A DNA stretch of 64,000 nt from assembly GCA_964252035.1 (NCBI GenBank), contig OZ176200.1; one strand, 5' to 3'. This DNA is from Podarcis erhardii. Taxonomy: Eukaryota. Made by a program: the position numbers and the translations under genes. Below, one piece after another: positions 61,131 to 64,000 of the stretch. The notes beneath the pieces were generated by a model. That model did no database searches. It saw only the letters and a program-made list of their open reading frames with translations, and was not told where the DNA came from. How positions within the stretch are numbered: the stretch's first letter is position 1; each line of letters opens with the position of its first letter.

Positions 61131-61551
61131 TTTGCTCTTTTATCTTCAGACAAAGGCACTGCTCTTGTTGTGCAGATACTGCTTTTCCCACAGCAGAAGC
61201 AGTTGTGTTTGCAACTGTGGCCAGTTTCAGCAGTTCTGGAGCCACAAGCAAAAGACATTGGCCATAAATGTGAGCGATCTGGTGCAGAGCTGAGTCACGG
61301 GCCTAGTTCAGACAGAAAAGAAGAGCAACAAGTGGACTAGATCTGTACTTGGAATGTACCACAGCAGGTGGGGAATTGCATGCTTGGATGCTTTCTGGTG
61401 AAAAAGAAAAATGACTTGCCCACATAAAACTAGCATATCAGAGAGAAGGCTAGGTGAGAATTTTTCTCCATTATACTGTATCTTGGTTTCTACATGCAGA
61501 TGTAGCGTTCAATATGTGTGATTGCTGCTTACTTTTACCCAGTGCTCAGTA

Positions 61552-61793
61552 CAGTGGTACCTTGGGTTAAGTACTTAATTCGTTCCGGAGGTCCATTCTT
61601 AACCTGAAACTGTTCTTAACCTGAAGCACCACTTTAGCTAATGGGGCCTCCCGCTGCTGCCGTGCCACTGCTGCACTATTTCTGTTCTCATCCTGAAGTA
61701 AAACTCTTAACCTGAAGCACTATTTCTGGGTTAGCGGAGTCTGTAACCTGAAGCATATGTAACCTGAAGCGTATGTGACCTGAGGTACCACTG
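61552..61793 (-). mobile_element. Tc1/mariner MITE family A
   Basis: Full length, inverted relative to 60713, TA flanks. Confidence 0.9.
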
Positions 61794-62254
61794 TACTAGC
61801 ATTGCAGTACTGTGGAAGGTATAGGAATGCATATGCTCACCTCAATGCATATACAGTATACTATGGGATTCAGGGTGTATGCTCTGGATAATTTGTGGTA
61901 TCTGTGTTATTAAGTGCATAGAAGTATTGAAATGAATTGACATCATTGCTGATATAGGAACAAGCGGGGGAACTATACTAAGGGAGAAAGGTTCTGGGAT
62001 TAGCCTGCTAGACTCCCATAAATCAAGAAAGCCTTTCTTTTCCTGTGAGGGCCCTATATGGCAGATTGCTAAAGCAACGAAAAAATGAATATTGAATTAT
62101 ATGAGGAGCTTTTACAAAAAGGCACACTGAGCCACACAATTGCCTACCTGCAGTCTATGGTGGTACTGTTCAGGAACAATTTTTAGCACCACACCTGCAC
62201 GAAACAGGGCTAATCCCAGAGAAATCCTGGTGGGTAGGGAATGGGCATTCTTAC

Positions 62255-62359
62255 CATGTGCAGGGTATCTGCTTTCTGTGTCTGTTTCTGTCGGCTCTTC
62301 TGGGCTGCAATACGATTCTTTTCTCTTCTTTGTACTTTTCTCATATCATCCGAAGATTC
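62255..62359 (-). CDS. BATF: BATF exon 2 (basic region, 105 nt)
   Basis: ccAG|ESSDDMRKVQRREKNRIAAQKSRQKQTQKADTLHM|GTAAGA; near-identical to recalled BATF bZIP basic region. Confidence 0.95.
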
Positions 62360-62718
62360 CTGGGTGAGGGGAATCATGCAATACAAGGTATGACAACAGG
62401 AATACCACCTTAACATCTATACATGTAAGGATCTTGCATAGAATGCCAATGTTGGGATAGAAAGCAGAAGGAAGTGTTTTTCTCAGCAATTCTCTCTCCT
62501 CCTCTGTTGTCTCCATGGCAGATTCAGTATCAGGTTGATGGAGGATCCTCCCCTCCCTCAAATTTGCCCCAATTCCTAATGCAGGAGAAGTAAGTGCGTC
62601 TAAGGATCAGGAGAACCAGCAGGTTAATTATATGAGACATCAGAGATGAGCAACAACCCTTTTGGAACTCTCAGTACAAAAGAGTTGGGGTGTTCATCTT
62701 ACATTCAGATAACTAGAG

Positions 62719-62848
62719 CAGGGAAGGATGACCTCCAGATGTTGCTGGACTACAAATCCCATCATTCCTTACCATTGGCCATGTTGGCTGGGGCTGATGG
62801 GAGCCATAGTCTAACAGTATCTGAAGAGCCACAAATCCCCCATTCCTG
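62719..62848. mobile_element. Palindromic hAT MITE (older)
   Basis: TSD AACTAGAG/AACTACAG (7/8); same ctacaaatcccatca core as copies near 1873-1947, 2335-2471, 6505-6641 and 39860-39985. Confidence 0.7.
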
Positions 62849-63374
62849 AACTACAGTATTGGGTTTTATGTAAAAGTCCCCCAACCTACCAATCCCAGCC
62901 TAGCTATGGTGCTAGGATATAGCGTGAAGGCACATGAGACTACCAGCTTACAAAGCTACAGCAGTTTAGGCCTGCTTAGTATCTCTCAGTAGGTGATGGA
63001 CTACTTGGGAATCATACGCTGCCTTGGGTTTCATGAAGAAAGCAGGGAGGGATATAAATGTTAAGACAAAAAAATCGATTCACCCATGTCTTACATGCCT
63101 TTGCCTCATTTTTTAAAAAATTACATCATGTCCAATGATGTAATTTCATGCCTTCCTTGGATAATCTCTTACTGAGTTGTGTTTAACAATTCTTGTAGGG
63201 TTACTACTTCCTTTAGAATATGAGTCTATAAACTCTTTGCACAGATTTGTTCAAGTTTTAAGGACCCGTTCCTAGCAAAGTAAATATATGGTCTCCATCT
63301 TAGGATTTTAAAACTTATCCCATCTTGGGTGGTTGTGGTGCTGGAGGCATCTTAACTCTTTCAACGTTTTCTTG

Positions 63375-63530
63375 AGGGGACACAATGGATCAGCACACCT
63401 GGCCGCTAACCAGAAGGTTGGTAGTTCAAGCCCAACCAGGGATGGCTATGGGCAGGATTGCTGCATCGCAGGGGGTTGGACTAGATGACCAATGGGGTCC
63501 CTTCCATTCTACAATTCTGTGATTCTATGA
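63375..63530 (+). mobile_element. tRNA-head SINE with CR1-type tail
   Basis: B-box-like AGTTCAAGCCC; GCAGGGGGTTGGACTAGATG...ATTCTGTGATTCTATG tail. Confidence 0.7.
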
Positions 63531-64000
63531 CCTCCAAAGTTTCTTCTTTTTTGGGACCGTGACTTCACCCCAGGGAGAATGGCACAATCCAGCAGAGGCT
63601 TGAGCAGTTCCAAGCAGTTGAGGACATTTTATGCCACCTATCTGTAAACAGTTATTCTGCTCCGATAGCCATCAATGACATTTGTGATGCTTTTCTGCAA
63701 GAGTATCACCAAGCTTCCTCATTCGGTCCCTGCACTGCTGTAACTTTAACTGTTGCGTATTAGCCTATTGCCTAGCTTCTTATCTTTGGTTTAGATTTTC
63801 TGAATAGCATTCTCCTGGGTCTGTCCCTACATCAGTTCCTTCAAATTCCTACGAAAATCCCGACAGCGCTGAACGTTTCTCATTCATTCTGTTCCTCTCT
63901 GTTTCAGCACACGAGACGAACCGAAGTGTTTGGCAAAGTGGCAAGACGGTATCCATTGGAGCTCATATTTCATATCTGGATTTGTTCTGGTGCCTTTAAG

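Noticed and set aside
4654-61297. About ten TGAGTCA AP-1 sites near an AP-1 family gene
   Set aside because: Count is close to chance expectation for a 7-mer in 64 kb.
62360-64000. BATF exon 1
   Set aside because: No MPHSSDSS-like exon found; probably beyond the window.
1-64000. CRISPR arrays, operons, intact transposase or complete retroelement
   Set aside because: None seen; the sequence is vertebrate and all mobile elements are fragments or non-autonomous.

Overview
Vertebrate, not prokaryotic, DNA. The Sauria-type SINEs, Bov-B and the repeat landscape point to a squamate, most likely a lacertid lizard (inference). Two genes lie on the minus strand in the BATF-FLVCR2 order known from mammals. 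FLVCR2 (choline/heme MFS transporter) has 10 coding exons between 43724 and about 5546, about 497 aa, a CpG-island promoter and an uncertain last exon. BATF exons 2-3 are at 62359-62255 and 56964-56755; exon 1 was not found and is probably beyond 64000. The rest is intron/intergenic DNA rich in SINEs, LINE 3' fragments (Bov-B, L1, L2, CR1, Rex1), Penelope-like ends and non-autonomous DNA transposons. Main discovery: non-autonomous hAT-type elements (TIRs plus 8-bp target duplications) carrying passenger DNA. One holds the start of GNAL XL exon 1 (MGLCYSLRPRLF...). Another holds a PGAM5 exon 1 copy with its splice donor and intron start (MAFRQA...WDSNWD|gt). Two more carry a tail-less Bov-B piece and an LTR-like promoter/polyA module. 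Three of these families also have a short 'empty' copy in the window, suggesting a Pack-hAT gene-fragment capture system. Also seen: Penelope-borne minimal hammerhead motifs, a 5S-derived SINE, inverted MITE pairs and several candidate unproductive splice sites. Protein and repeat-family identifications are from recalled sequences and were not database-checked.
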